DNA of 62,236 nt, counting the filler. It is 4 parts of 4 records of this genome, joined end to end, with 100 filler letters (N's around TTAATTAATTAA, not from the genome) between each part and the next. Parts side by side here need not be neighbours in the genome. Positions count along the whole stretch, not along the records: positions 13,547 to 35,427 come from SRR20825019_2555; positions 35,528 to 49,326 come from SRR20825019_2558; 2 more parts are not named here. One strand, written 5' to 3'. A program made the translations under genes and the position numbers. Below the pieces are notes generated by a model. That model saw only the letters and a program-made list of their open reading frames with translations. It was not told the DNA's origin and made no database searches. Shown here piece by piece: positions 27,985 through 38,164 of this stretch (positions are counted from its first letter, which is position 1; the number at the start of each line of letters is the position of its first letter).

Positions 27985-29490
27985 ATGAAAAAATCTCTAC
28001 TTTTTATTGCCTTATTAACTATTTGTAACCTAAATGCTCAACTATTTGAATGTATTGGTGATGAAACTGCTGGTATAGGAACAGCAGGACCTTATTTATG
28101 TAATGGTTATGATCTTATGGCACAAATTACCTTAACAGAATTTGATGCTGCTTTAGATTTAGGTCCAGCAACACCACCATCAACAGGTAGTGATTCTTGG
28201 GGATGGACAGATCCAGCTTCTGGAAGAGAATTTGCAATAATGTCATTTACTGAAGGCTTTGCCTTTGTTGAGATTACAGATCCAGAGAATCCAGTAATAA
28301 CAGCTTCTGTTCCAATTACATCTACAGACGTACAAAGACTTTGGAGAGATGTAAAAGTATACAACAATCATGCATTCATGGTTGGAGAAGATGCAGATCA
28401 AGGTATGAAGGTGTTTAATCTTAATAGATTACTTACGGTTACTAATCCACCAGAAATTTTTGAACCAGATACATTTTTTCAAGGGTTTGGTAGTGCTCAC
28501 AACATAGCGATAAATGAAGATTCTGGATATGCTTACCCTATAGGCGCAAGAGAATTTGGAGGTAGTGGTCAAGTCAATGGTGGCGGTCCAATCTTTATAA
28601 ACATTCAAGACCCAGTAAATCCAGTTATTGAAGGCGGTTACGATTCAACAGACGATATGGTAAACTCCTATACTCACGATGCACAGGTTGTAATATATGA
28701 TGGTCCAGATACAGATTATACTGGACAAGAAATCTATATGGGAGCTAATGAGTCTACAATGATAATTGCAGATATTACAGACAAGTCCAATCCGCAATAT
28801 ATTAGTGATATTTCATATGCGTCTGCAACTTACACACATCAAGGTTGGTTTAGTAAAGACAAGCGTTATTTTTTAATGGGTGATGAGTTAGATGAAATTA
28901 TGAATGGTTTGCCAACTCGAATAGCAGTTTATAATGTAGAAGATTTAGACAATCCTTTTGTGTATTTTATTTGGGAAGGTCCAACTACCGCTACAGATCA
29001 TAATATGTATATCATAGATGATACCCTTTACTTAGCAAATTACGCAGCAGGTATGCGTGTTCTGGATATAAGTGATATTGACAATATGAATTTTGTTGAA
29101 ATCGGCTTTTTTGATACGTTGCCAGGTAATGATGTAGCTGGAACAGCATCAGCTTGGAATGTATATCCTTATTTCCCAAGCGGAAATTTAATTATTAGTG
29201 ATGTAGCTGAAGGATTATTCATAGTTAAAAAAACAGAAAATCTTTCCGTAGAAGATATAAATAAAACAAATGTTACCATGTTCCCCAACCCTGCAAAAAA
29301 CACTACAAATATAACTGTAGATGGTAATGTAATACAATCTATTAAAGTTTCAGACGTTCTTGGTAAAGAGATTTTTATGGTCTCTTCATTAAATAGTGAT
29401 ACTTTTACGCTTAATACAAGTAATTTTCAAACTGGCGTATATCTTATAACTATTAATGATAACGTCACAAAGAAACTAATAATAGAATAA
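27985..29490 (+). CDS. Choice-of-anchor B protein with T9SS C-terminal domain (paralogue 2)
   Basis: Same motif series; CTD MFPNP..DVLG..GVY..KKLIIE; start set at MKKSLLF. Confidence 0.85.
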   Translation: MKKSLLFIALLTICNLNAQLFECIGDETAGIGTAGPYLCNGYDLMAQITLTEFDAALDLGPATPPSTGSDSWGWTDPASGREFAIMSFTEGFAFVEITDPENPVITASVPITSTDVQRLWRDVKVYNNHAFMVGEDADQGMKVFNLNRLLTVTNPPEIFEPDTFFQGFGSAHNIAINEDSGYAYPIGAREFGGSGQVNGGGPIFINIQDPVNPVIEGGYDSTDDMVNSYTHDAQVVIYDGPDTDYTGQEIYMGANESTMIIADITDKSNPQYISDISYASATYTHQGWFSKDKRYFLMGDELDEIMNGLPTRIAVYNVEDLDNPFVYFIWEGPTTATDHNMYIIDDTLYLANYAAGMRVLDISDIDNMNFVEIGFFDTLPGNDVAGTASAWNVYPYFPSGNLIISDVAEGLFIVKKTENLSVEDINKTNVTMFPNPAKNTTNITVDGNVIQSIKVSDVLGKEIFMVSSLNSDTFTLNTSNFQTGVYLITINDNVTKKLIIE

Positions 29491-30765
29491 ATGAAAATAA
29501 AACACATTACCTGCTTAATTGTACTTTTTACATTTTTAATAACCCCATTTTCTTGTAGTGATGATGATGGAGTGCCTGTGGCAGAAACTCCTACAGAAGA
29601 AGATCCTGGAGATGATGGCGGTGATGATGGTGGAGACAATGGCGGTAATGAAAATGCTGTTACTCCTTGCGAAGATGGCACTGCAGCAGGATATCCTTGT
29701 AATGGGATAGACCTTTTAGCAAATGTATCTTTACTTGAGATGAATGCAAATGATGGTAATGATTCTTGGGGATGGACAGATCCAGACTCAGGAAACGAGT
29801 ATGCATTAATGGGATTAAATAATGGTACTGCTTTCTTAGATATTACAGACCCTTTAAACCCTGTGTATTTAGGGAAACTACCAACCCATACTACATCAAG
29901 TATATGGAGAGATGTAAAGACCTATAACAATCATGCATTTATTGTTAGTGAAGCTAATGGTCATGGAATGCAAGTGTTTGATTTAACAAGATTAAGAAAT
30001 GTACAAAATCCTCCAGTACAGTTTACAGAAGATGCACATTATGATGGTTTTGGCGATGCTCATAATATTGTAATTAACGAGGATACTGGTTATGCTTACG
30101 CAGTAGGAACACAATTGTTTAATGGAGGTCCACACTTTATTAATATTCAAAACCCACTTAACCCAATTGGTGAAGGCGGCTTTGCTATGGATGATTATAG
30201 TCACGATGCTCAAGTTGTAACTTATACAGGTCCAGATACAGAACACTTAGGTAAAGAAATTTTAATAGGAAGTAATGAAACTATAATTTCAATAGTAGAT
30301 ATTACAGATAAATCTAACCCAATAGGATTGTCTACTATTTCTTATGAGCAAAGAGCATACACACACCAAGGTTGGTTTACAGAAGATCAAAGTCATTTCA
30401 TTTTAGGAGATGAGCTAGATGAGGCGCAAATAGGCTTTAATACAAGAACAATAATTTTCGACTTTAGTGATTTAGATAACCCACAATTTAAATTTGAATA
30501 TTACGGTCCAGAAGCTGCAATAGATCATAATGGTTATGTAAAAGGAAATGAGTTTTACCTAGCTAACTATACAGCAGGTTTAAGAATTATAGATGTATCT
30601 TCAGTAGCATCTTCACAAATGCAAGAAACAGCTTATTTTGATACATATCCATCTTCAAATTCTGCAAACTTTAATGGCGTTTGGAATGTGTACCCTTATT
30701 TTTCAAGTGGTACAATACTTGTAAGTGATATAGATAGAGGTTTATTCCTCTTAAAGAAACAATAA
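29491..30765 (+). CDS. Choice-of-anchor B lipoprotein (paralogue 3)
   Basis: Lipobox PFSC, acidic DDGG linker, same motif series, no CTD. Confidence 0.85.
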   Translation: MKIKHITCLIVLFTFLITPFSCSDDDGVPVAETPTEEDPGDDGGDDGGDNGGNENAVTPCEDGTAAGYPCNGIDLLANVSLLEMNANDGNDSWGWTDPDSGNEYALMGLNNGTAFLDITDPLNPVYLGKLPTHTTSSIWRDVKTYNNHAFIVSEANGHGMQVFDLTRLRNVQNPPVQFTEDAHYDGFGDAHNIVINEDTGYAYAVGTQLFNGGPHFINIQNPLNPIGEGGFAMDDYSHDAQVVTYTGPDTEHLGKEILIGSNETIISIVDITDKSNPIGLSTISYEQRAYTHQGWFTEDQSHFILGDELDEAQIGFNTRTIIFDFSDLDNPQFKFEYYGPEAAIDHNGYVKGNEFYLANYTAGLRIIDVSSVASSQMQETAYFDTYPSSNSANFNGVWNVYPYFSSGTILVSDIDRGLFLLKKQ

Positions 30766-30767
30766 CA

Positions 30768-32213
30768 ATGAATTTTATAATTACCCCAAACCGTTTTTTA
30801 GGCGCAATATTATCTGCACTAATAATAGTAATGAGCTTTTCGTGCTCTCAAGATGATAATGCAAATGTAAACAGCAATCCAGATGTTTCAGGCGAACCAG
30901 AAGATCCTGTAGAGGAAGTACCTGAATTTGCCGGAGAGCTAGATGTTGTAATGACTTATGGTGGGAGTAATCAAGATGAAGCAAAAGCTGTAGTTGAAAC
31001 GCCAGACGGAAATTTTGTAATAGTAGGAACAACAAGAAGTACAGATGGTGACATTGTAGATAAAGAAGCACCAAATTTTGATATTTGGTTATTTAAAGTA
31101 AACCCACAAGGAACCATATTGTGGTCTAAAACCTATGGAGGTACAAATGATGAGTTTGGTGAAGATGTTATAGTTACAAATGATGGCGGTCTAGCTGTTA
31201 TAGGTTATAACTCGAGTTCAGACGGAGACACCTCTTCAAATGCTGGTTTTTTTGACCATTGGTTATTAAAATTAGATGCTTCAGGAAATTTAGAATGGCA
31301 ACAAAGCTACGGTTATGAAGGTCAAGACCAAGCGTTTTCATTACTTCAAACCGATGATGGCGGCTTTTTCTTTGGTGGCTATTTTGATGTTTCTGCGAGT
31401 AATGGTAATGGTAATGATGGTTTTACGGCAGCAAGCCAACAAGAGTCTTCAAACAACTTTACCAATAGTGCAGCATTGCATGGTGTTGGAGAATTTTGGG
31501 GCACCAAGGTTGATGCTTCTGGGACACTTCAGTTTAGAAGATATTTTGGGGGTTCAAGCAACGATAGATGTTATGGAGTAATTGATACTGCAGATGGTGG
31601 CTATTTAATGGCTGGCGCTTCAGAAAGTACAGATTTTGATATTTCAAACAATAAAGGGAGTTATGACTTTTGGGTAGTTAAAGTTAATGCAGATAGAGAG
31701 CTAGAATGGCAACGTTCTTATGGAGGCTCTGAGATTGATATGGGCTTTGGCTTTACAGAAACTTTAGACGGAAATTACTTAATAACTGGAGACACAAGAA
31801 GTAGTGATCAAGACGTGTCTAACCTAAAAGGAAATGCAGACTTTTGGGCCGTAAAAATTAATGGCTCTGGAGATATAATTTGGGAAAACACATTTGGCGG
31901 AACTCAATTTGATGCTGCTAGGACAGTTGTGCAAATGTCTGATGGTCGCTTAGCTATTGCAGGCAGCTCAAGAAGTAATGATATAGATGTTGCAACAAAT
32001 AATGGTCAAAACGACTGTTGGATAGCAATTGTAAGTTCTTCAGGAAATATCGACCAAACTTTTAGCGTTGGTGGTAGTGATTTAGACTTTTTATATGATA
32101 TTTACCAGACCCAAAATAATGAACTTATAGCAGTGGGTTCTTCTTCAAGTAATGACCAAGATATTGTTCCAAACAGAGGAAGTTCAGACGTTGTTTTTAT
32201 AAAAATCAATTAA
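30768..32213 (+). CDS. Repeat beta-propeller lipoprotein of unknown function
   Basis: Lipobox SFSC; repeated D.W..K....G...W...YGG...D blades. Confidence 0.7.
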   Translation: MNFIITPNRFLGAILSALIIVMSFSCSQDDNANVNSNPDVSGEPEDPVEEVPEFAGELDVVMTYGGSNQDEAKAVVETPDGNFVIVGTTRSTDGDIVDKEAPNFDIWLFKVNPQGTILWSKTYGGTNDEFGEDVIVTNDGGLAVIGYNSSSDGDTSSNAGFFDHWLLKLDASGNLEWQQSYGYEGQDQAFSLLQTDDGGFFFGGYFDVSASNGNGNDGFTAASQQESSNNFTNSAALHGVGEFWGTKVDASGTLQFRRYFGGSSNDRCYGVIDTADGGYLMAGASESTDFDISNNKGSYDFWVVKVNADRELEWQRSYGGSEIDMGFGFTETLDGNYLITGDTRSSDQDVSNLKGNADFWAVKINGSGDIIWENTFGGTQFDAARTVVQMSDGRLAIAGSSRSNDIDVATNNGQNDCWIAIVSSSGNIDQTFSVGGSDLDFLYDIYQTQNNELIAVGSSSSNDQDIVPNRGSSDVVFIKIN

Positions 32214-32221
32214 ATTTTAGA

Positions 32222-32992
32222 ATGAAAAAATTAAGTATTCTTGCAATAATTGCTCTGTTTTTTGCCTCTTGTAATACAGATGAAGATGCAAATAGAAACT
32301 CAGAATTAGGGAATCCTACTTTTGGAAACGTAACTTTTACATTTGCAAATGAGGTAGATGGTGAGCCTCTACAATTAGGGTCTACAACCTATGTAAATTC
32401 TAACAACGAAACGTATTCTGTCTCAGATTTAAAATACATAATTAGCAATATTGTTTTAATAAATGATAATGGCTTAGACTATGTGGTTCCTGAAGAAGAC
32501 AGTTATTTTATTATAGATCAGCAACTGTCTAGCTCATTAACCATAACCTTGCAAGATGTACCGTCTAGAGACTATTCTGGCATTTCATTTGGGTTTGGTG
32601 TAGATCAATTTAAATACCCATTAAATGGCGTAATGAATTTTGTGCCAAGAGCAGATGAGGCAGGAATGCTTTGGAGCTGGTCTGCAGGATACCGTTTCTT
32701 AAAGTTTGAAGGCGATTATACTACTGAAGAAAATGCAGAGCCTACACCATTTATTGTACACGTAGGAAGTCACGGTAGCACGTTAGATAACTATCAGGAA
32801 ATTATAATGCCGCTTTCTAACTTTACTGTAAGAGATTCTGAAACGTCTGCATTTGGAATAAAAGCAGACATCAGCAATATTTTTGATGGTAATAACAATT
32901 ACTATTTCGAAACTAATAATGAAGTAACTATTGATCCCGTAAATGCTCCAATCATATCAGATAATATGAAAACAGTATTTACAATAAACTAA
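32222..32992 (+). CDS. MbnP-family lipoprotein (putative copper-binding)
   Basis: Lipobox FASC, LKYIISNI, MLWSWSAGYRFLKFEG (WxW motif), HVGSHG; directly upstream of a di-heme enzyme. Confidence 0.8.
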   Translation: MKKLSILAIIALFFASCNTDEDANRNSELGNPTFGNVTFTFANEVDGEPLQLGSTTYVNSNNETYSVSDLKYIISNIVLINDNGLDYVVPEEDSYFIIDQQLSSSLTITLQDVPSRDYSGISFGFGVDQFKYPLNGVMNFVPRADEAGMLWSWSAGYRFLKFEGDYTTEENAEPTPFIVHVGSHGSTLDNYQEIIMPLSNFTVRDSETSAFGIKADISNIFDGNNNYYFETNNEVTIDPVNAPIISDNMKTVFTIN

Positions 32993-32999
32993 TACATAT

Positions 33000-34079
33000 T
33001 TGAAGAATTTCTGGTTCATAAGCATTTTTGCACTCTGTTTAGCGTGCAGTTCAGATTCAAGTGGTGAAGAAACAATTACTGAAACACCACAGGATGACGA
33101 ATATATTCCTGTACCAGATTCTAATTTAAATTTTCAGGTACCATCTAATTTTCCAGAAGCTACTTATGATATAAGTAACAATCAACCTACTCAAAATGGT
33201 TTTGAGTTAGGGAAAAAGTTATTTTATGACGGCAAATTAGCCTCAGATAATGTAGTGTCTTGTGGGTTTTGCCATATTCAAGATTTTGCATTTACACACC
33301 ACACTCATATTGTAAGTCATGGAGTAGATGGAGCTTTAGGCACAAGAAACGCACAACCTTTATTCAATTTAGCGTTCTTAGATGAGTTTACTTGGGATGG
33401 TGCAGCACAACATTTAGACACACAACCTATTATACCAATCACTACAGATGTAGAGATGAACTCAAGCTTTAATGAGATAATCTCAAAATTAAGTGAAGAC
33501 CAAACCTATCAAAACATGTTTAAAGATGCGTTTGATAATGGTGAAATTAGCTCAGAAAACATTTTAAAGGCATTGTCTCAGTTTATGGTTATGATGGTAT
33601 CTTCAAATTCAAAATACGATCAAGTTGTAAGAAATGAAGGTTCAGTCTTTACAGAAGCAGAAGAAGCAGGCTTGGCTATATTCGAACAAAAATGTGCCTC
33701 TTGTCATGCAGGTCCGCTATTTACAGACCAATCTTTTAGAAATAATGGATTGCCTATTGATGCGCAATATAATGACATAGGAAGAAAACGTGTAACAGGA
33801 CTAGATGAAGACCTGCGTAAGTTTAGAGTTCCTACATTAAGAAATATAGAGGTTACCTTTCCGTATATGCACGACGGCAGGTTTCAAACCCTTACAGATG
33901 TGCTAGACCATTATTCAGATGGTGTTCAGGAAGATGTTACATTAGACCCAGTTTTTGTTCAGGAAAATGGTTCTAGAGGAATTCCACTTTCAAATTTAGA
34001 AAAAGATCAATTGGTGGCTTTTTTAAAAACACTTACAGATAACAGTTTCATCTTTGATGATCGCTTTTCAGAATTTTAA
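33000..34079 (+). CDS. MbnH/MauG-like di-heme enzyme (lipoprotein)
   Basis: CGFCH, CASCH, WDG, FRVPTLRN, PYMHDG..DHY. Confidence 0.88.
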   Translation: MKNFWFISIFALCLACSSDSSGEETITETPQDDEYIPVPDSNLNFQVPSNFPEATYDISNNQPTQNGFELGKKLFYDGKLASDNVVSCGFCHIQDFAFTHHTHIVSHGVDGALGTRNAQPLFNLAFLDEFTWDGAAQHLDTQPIIPITTDVEMNSSFNEIISKLSEDQTYQNMFKDAFDNGEISSENILKALSQFMVMMVSSNSKYDQVVRNEGSVFTEAEEAGLAIFEQKCASCHAGPLFTDQSFRNNGLPIDAQYNDIGRKRVTGLDEDLRKFRVPTLRNIEVTFPYMHDGRFQTLTDVLDHYSDGVQEDVTLDPVFVQENGSRGIPLSNLEKDQLVAFLKTLTDNSFIFDDRFSEF

Positions 34080-34225
34080 TTCTTTTTAAACATAGCGTGT
34101 AAGAATCCCATATTATAAGGGACAAACACACTATAAGTTTTTTCAATAACTACATTACATTAACGCAGAGACTAATTATGGTAAAACAAGCCATTTTCAG
34201 TATATTTGCACATATTTTCAAAACG

Positions 34226-34555
34226 ATGATTAAAGTAAGCGAAGGCGCAAAAAATAGAATCTCATCTCTCATGGCAGAGAGTGGTTATGATGCATTAAAA
34301 GATTACGTTCGAGTAGGCGTAAAAAGTGGCGGTTGCAGCGGGTTGTCTTATGACTTAGATTTTGATAATAAGACAGAAGAAACCGATAAGGTTTTTGAAG
34401 ACAACTCAATTAAAATTGTAGTAGATAAACGAAGCTTTTTATACCTAGTAGGAACAACATTAGAATATAGCGGTGGTCTTAATGGTAAGGGTTTTGTTTT
34501 TAATAATCCAAATGCACAAAGAACTTGCGGCTGTGGAGAAAGCTTCTCGTTATAA
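34226..34555 (+). CDS. Fe-S cluster A-type carrier (HesB/IscA/SufA)
   Basis: GGCSGLSY, TCGCGESF; start MIKVSE after a TAtaTTTG box (34201-34208). Confidence 0.93.
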   Translation: MIKVSEGAKNRISSLMAESGYDALKDYVRVGVKSGGCSGLSYDLDFDNKTEETDKVFEDNSIKIVVDKRSFLYLVGTTLEYSGGLNGKGFVFNNPNAQRTCGCGESFSL

Positions 34556-34595
34556 AGAGGTAGCTTAATTCACTAAACAATTAGAATTATATTTA

Positions 34596-35427
34596 ATGGC
34601 ATATACAGAAGACGATTTACAGAAAGAGCTCGAAACTAAAGAGTATAAGTACGGATTTTATACAGATATAGAATCAGACACCTTTCCTGTTGGTCTAAAT
34701 GAAGATATTGTAAGAGCAATTTCCTTAAAGAAGGAAGAGCCAGAATGGATGACAGAGTGGCGTCTTGAGGCATTTAGAGAATGGGAAAAAATGGAAGAGC
34801 CAGATTGGGCAAATGTAAATTACCCAAAACCAGACTTCCAAAACATCTCTTATTACTCTGCTCCTAATAAAAAACCAAAGTACGAAAGCTTAGATGAGGT
34901 AGATCCAGAATTATTGGACACGTTTAAAAAGCTTGGTATATCTATAGATGAGCAAAAGAAGCTTGCTGGAGTAGCGGTAGATATTGTTATGGATTCAGTT
35001 TCTGTAGCAACAACATTTAAGAAGACATTGGCAGAAAAAGGAATTATATTCTGCTCAATTTCTGAGGCTATAAAAGAACACCCAGAACTTGTAAGAAAGC
35101 ATATTGGTAGTGTGGTGCCTCAAAAAGATAACTTTTATGCAGCATTAAACTCTGCTGTATTTAGTGATGGTTCCTTTTGCTACATTCCAAAAGGAGTACG
35201 TTGCCCAATGGAGTTAAGTACTTATTTTAGAATTAACCAAGCGGGAACAGGACAGTTTGAAAGAACTTTAGTTGTTGCAGATGAAGGCAGTTATGTAAGT
35301 TACTTAGAAGGTTGTACTGCGCCATCTAGAGATGAGAACCAATTACACGCAGCTGTTGTAGAGCTTATTGCTTTAGATGATGCTGAGATTAAATACTCTA
35401 CAGTACAAAACTGGTATCCTGGTAACG
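34596..35427 (+). CDS. sufB: Fe-S cluster assembly protein SufB, 3' truncated
   Basis: [44 protein letters not shown]; runs into the linker. Confidence 0.95.
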
Positions 35428-35527
35428 NNNNNNNNNNNNNNNNNNNNNNNNNNNNNNNNNNNNNNNNNNNNTTAATTAATTAANNNNNNNNNNNNNNNNN
35501 NNNNNNNNNNNNNNNNNNNNNNNNNNN
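35428..35527. other. Artificial contig linker
   Basis: 44 N + TTAATTAATTAA + 44 N. Confidence 0.97.
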
Positions 35528-35554
35528 CAAGTTCGAATCTTGCCACTCCGACCA
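35528..35554 (+). tRNA. 3' fragment of a tRNA, probably tRNA-Pro
   Basis: CAAG-TTCGAAT-CTTG T arm, then CACTCCG-A-CCA; anticodon not visible. Confidence 0.7.
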
Positions 35555-35601
35555 TCGTTTGCCCGTTTCTTTTTCTTTTAATATAGGCAGTCTTCTGGCG
35601 T

Positions 35602-36255
35602 TCAATCCTTGCGCATCGGGCGAAAACTCATGCGATGCAAGGGACAGGGGCCATCCGCCGAGATAGCCTGGCGGTGTCTGACTGTGCCGTAGCCTGCGTG
35701 GCCCTCAAACCCATAGGCGGGATATACCGAGGCGGCATTTTCCATCATCCGGTCGCGGGTTACCTTGGCGACGATTGACGCCGCCGCGATGGAAAGTGAG
35801 CGTGCATCGCCCTTGATGATTGCCTCCGCGCGGCAATCAATGCCGGGTGGTATATCGCGGCCGTCAGTCAGAACCAGTGCCGGGGGGCAGCCCAGTCCGA
35901 TGATGGCGCGGCGCATGGCATCCAGACTTGCAGCGAGAATATTGCGCCGGTCGATATGACTGGCACTGCTGGAGGCGATCGAAACCTCGGCCGTGGCGCA
36001 GATTGCATCAAAGAGAACGGCGCGCTTCCTGGCCGAGAGCTTCTTGGAATCGTTCAGGCCTTCAGGGATGCAGGCAGGGTTGAGAACCACCGCAGCGGCC
36101 ACCACAGGACCGGCAAGTGGACCCCGCCCGACTTCATCGCAGCCTGCCACAGGCCAGAAGCCGTGCCGTTTGGCGTCAGATTCAAACTTAAAGTCCGGTC
36201 CTTTCGGAGCGGCACTGAACAGATCAGGAGAATCAGGCGGTCTGCGTGATGACAT
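35602..36255 (-). CDS. rnhB: Ribonuclease HII
   Basis: [39 protein letters not shown]. Confidence 0.95.
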   Translation of the reverse strand: MSSRRPPDSPDLFSAAPKGPDFKFESDAKRHGFWPVAGCDEVGRGPLAGPVVAAAVVLNPACIPEGLNDSKKLSARKRAVLFDAICATAEVSIASSSASHIDRRNILAASLDAMRRAIIGLGCPPALVLTDGRDIPPGIDCRAEAIIKGDARSLSIAAASIVAKVTRDRMMENAASVYPAYGFEGHAGYGTVRHRQAISADGPCPLHRMSFRPMRKD

Positions 36256-36356
36256 GAAAGCATTTCGCATGACCGCCCGATCTCCTGCAAGTCCCCCTTA
36301 TGAAGGGCGGCTTCAGGGGACTTCTTCGACCGGGCCAGGGGAGCCGGGCCGGAAGG

Positions 36357-37505
36357 TCAGAACAGATTGAGTTGCGTGCCGCCAAAGCCTGGCGACATGA
36401 ACAGATCATCACGCAGTGCGAGACCGCGTTTGGCAAGGCCAAGACGCTTGGTGGCCAGATCAAAACGTCGCGCTATCTGCCACGCATAGGGACCGCTGCC
36501 CTTCATGCGTTTGCCAAACTCCGCGTCGTAATCCTTTCCTCCTCGCATCGAACGGATCAGGCTCATGACATGGCGGTAACGTTCCGGGTGGTTTTCCAAA
36601 AGCCAGTCTTTGAAAAGCGGCGCGACTTCAAGCGGAAGACGCAGAAGAATATAGCTTGCCTCACTGGCACCGGCGGCTTGACCGCTGTCAAGAATCCGCT
36701 CGATTTCATGATCGGTCAGGGCCGGAATGATCGGCGCTACCGAAATGCTGACCGGAATGCCTGCCTCATTGAGTTTGCGCATGACTTCAAGCCGGCGCGG
36801 CGGTGTTGCTGCCCGTGGTTCCATGGCTCGGGCGAGCTTACGGTCCATCGTTGTTACTGACATCGCAACCTTGACCAGCCGTTTCTCCGCCATGGCCGAA
36901 AGCAGGTCAATATCCCTGAGGATCAGCGCGGATTTGGTGGTGATCGAAACCGGATGGTTCGCTGCGGCCAGCACTTCCAGGACTTGCCGCATGATCCGCC
37001 ATTCCTTCTCGATCGGCTGATAGGGATCGGTATTGGTGCCGATGGCAATTGTCTTTGCGTGGTAGCCGGGTTTTGAAAGTTCGCGGATGAGCTGACGTGG
37101 CGCATCAGGTTTGGCAAACAGTTTTGTTTCAAAATCCAGTCCTGAAGAAAGGCCCATAAAACCATGAGAGGGCCGTGCGAAACAATAAATACAGCCATGC
37201 TCACAGCCCCGATAGGGATTGACCGAGCGCTCGAACGGGATATCCGGTGAATCATTGCGCGTGATGATTGATTTGGCGCGCTCCACCTGGACATCTGTTT
37301 TAATGGGCGGCAGGTCTTCGTCAATCTCCCATCCGTCATAAAATGCTTCGCGTGCCTGTCTTTCAAACCGTCCGCCCGGGTTTGATGTTGCTGCACGGCC
37401 GCGTCTTACGCGCTGATCCACGGTGGGAAAATGTGCGGCGTCTGATCCAGACAAAGCGATGTCGGAAACTGGTTCCATGGCTGTAAAGTCCGAGATGTCG
37501 TCCAT
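36357..37505 (-). CDS. PA0069/Rv2578c family radical SAM protein (SplB-like, DNA repair)
   Basis: NPYRGCEHGCIYCFAR, GTNTDPYQP; start MDDISDF with a GGAGA RBS. Confidence 0.9.
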   Translation of the reverse strand: MDDISDFTAMEPVSDIALSGSDAAHFPTVDQRVRRGRAATSNPGGRFERQAREAFYDGWEIDEDLPPIKTDVQVERAKSIITRNDSPDIPFERSVNPYRGCEHGCIYCFARPSHGFMGLSSGLDFETKLFAKPDAPRQLIRELSKPGYHAKTIAIGTNTDPYQPIEKEWRIMRQVLEVLAAANHPVSITTKSALILRDIDLLSAMAEKRLVKVAMSVTTMDRKLARAMEPRAATPPRRLEVMRKLNEAGIPVSISVAPIIPALTDHEIERILDSGQAAGASEASYILLRLPLEVAPLFKDWLLENHPERYRHVMSLIRSMRGGKDYDAEFGKRMKGSGPYAWQIARRFDLATKRLGLAKRGLALRDDLFMSPGFGGTQLNLF

Positions 37506-37572
37506 TATGATCTCCAGCCGTTTGCGCGTGAAAAGAGCGCGCCAGGTTATGGTTAACATAATCGATCGAACG

Positions 37573-37587
37573 GAACATAACAAGAAC
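37573..37587. promoter_or_regulatory. Alphaproteobacterial LexA (SOS) box
   Basis: GAAC-ATAACAA-GAAC (GAAC-N7-GAAC) upstream of the radical SAM gene. Confidence 0.75.
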
Positions 37588-37636
37588 AAAAATGAAAACC
37601 GTTGCAAACTGCGGATTGGGTTGCATAAGTAGGAAC

Positions 37637-38161
37637 ATGCTTAGCGTTATCATTGAATGCGACAATAACGAACCCGAACTTGCCCACACTCTGTCCAGTC
37701 TGGTTATTGGTGCGGTTGAGGGGCTGATCAGCGATGTAACGGTTCTGGACCTGTGCGGGGCCGAGGGAACGTCGATTGTCGCCGACGCAGCAGGATGCCG
37801 CTATTTTCAGGAGTGGAACCTGGCGGATATCGTAAGTTCGGCGCGCGGCGACTGGATACTGATTCTGGAACCGGGCGCACGGCCGCTGCCGGGGTGGGTC
37901 GAGGCCATCCATGAACATATTGCCACGGATACAAAGCCAGCGCGTTTTTCTGAATCGCGGCGTCATCGGCGTGCCTGGTGGGAAAGGCTATTTTCCCGAA
38001 ACCGTTCACTGGAGGCAGGTTTGCTATTGCCAAAACCGGTTGCTCTGGAGCGGGCCGGAGCCTGTGGACCGTCGCCTTTTGCTCTGGCAAAACAGCGGCA
38101 GGTTACGCAAAAGCTCTCCTGCGAACTTGTACCGGCATCGGCAATGCCGCGTTTGCGATAG
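37637..38161 (+). CDS. Short glycosyltransferase family 2-like protein
   Basis: MLSVII..LAHTLSSL, ARGDWILIL; AGGA RBS. Confidence 0.7.
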   Translation: MLSVIIECDNNEPELAHTLSSLVIGAVEGLISDVTVLDLCGAEGTSIVADAAGCRYFQEWNLADIVSSARGDWILILEPGARPLPGWVEAIHEHIATDTKPARFSESRRHRRAWWERLFSRNRSLEAGLLLPKPVALERAGACGPSPFALAKQRQVTQKLSCELVPASAMPRLR

Positions 38162-38164
38162 GTT

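Noticed and set aside
29609-29650. GATGATGGCGGT-like short tandem repeat
   Set aside because: It encodes the low-complexity DDGG linker of a lipoprotein; imperfect and in frame
32222-34079. Methanobactin biosynthesis cluster
   Set aside because: No mbnA, mbnB, mbnC or TonB-dependent receptor is visible; MbnPH pairs occur widely without them
35428-35483. ORF-track ends of sufB and argF that run through Ns
   Set aside because: The stops come from the artificial linker; the genes are cut by contig ends and are not pseudogenes
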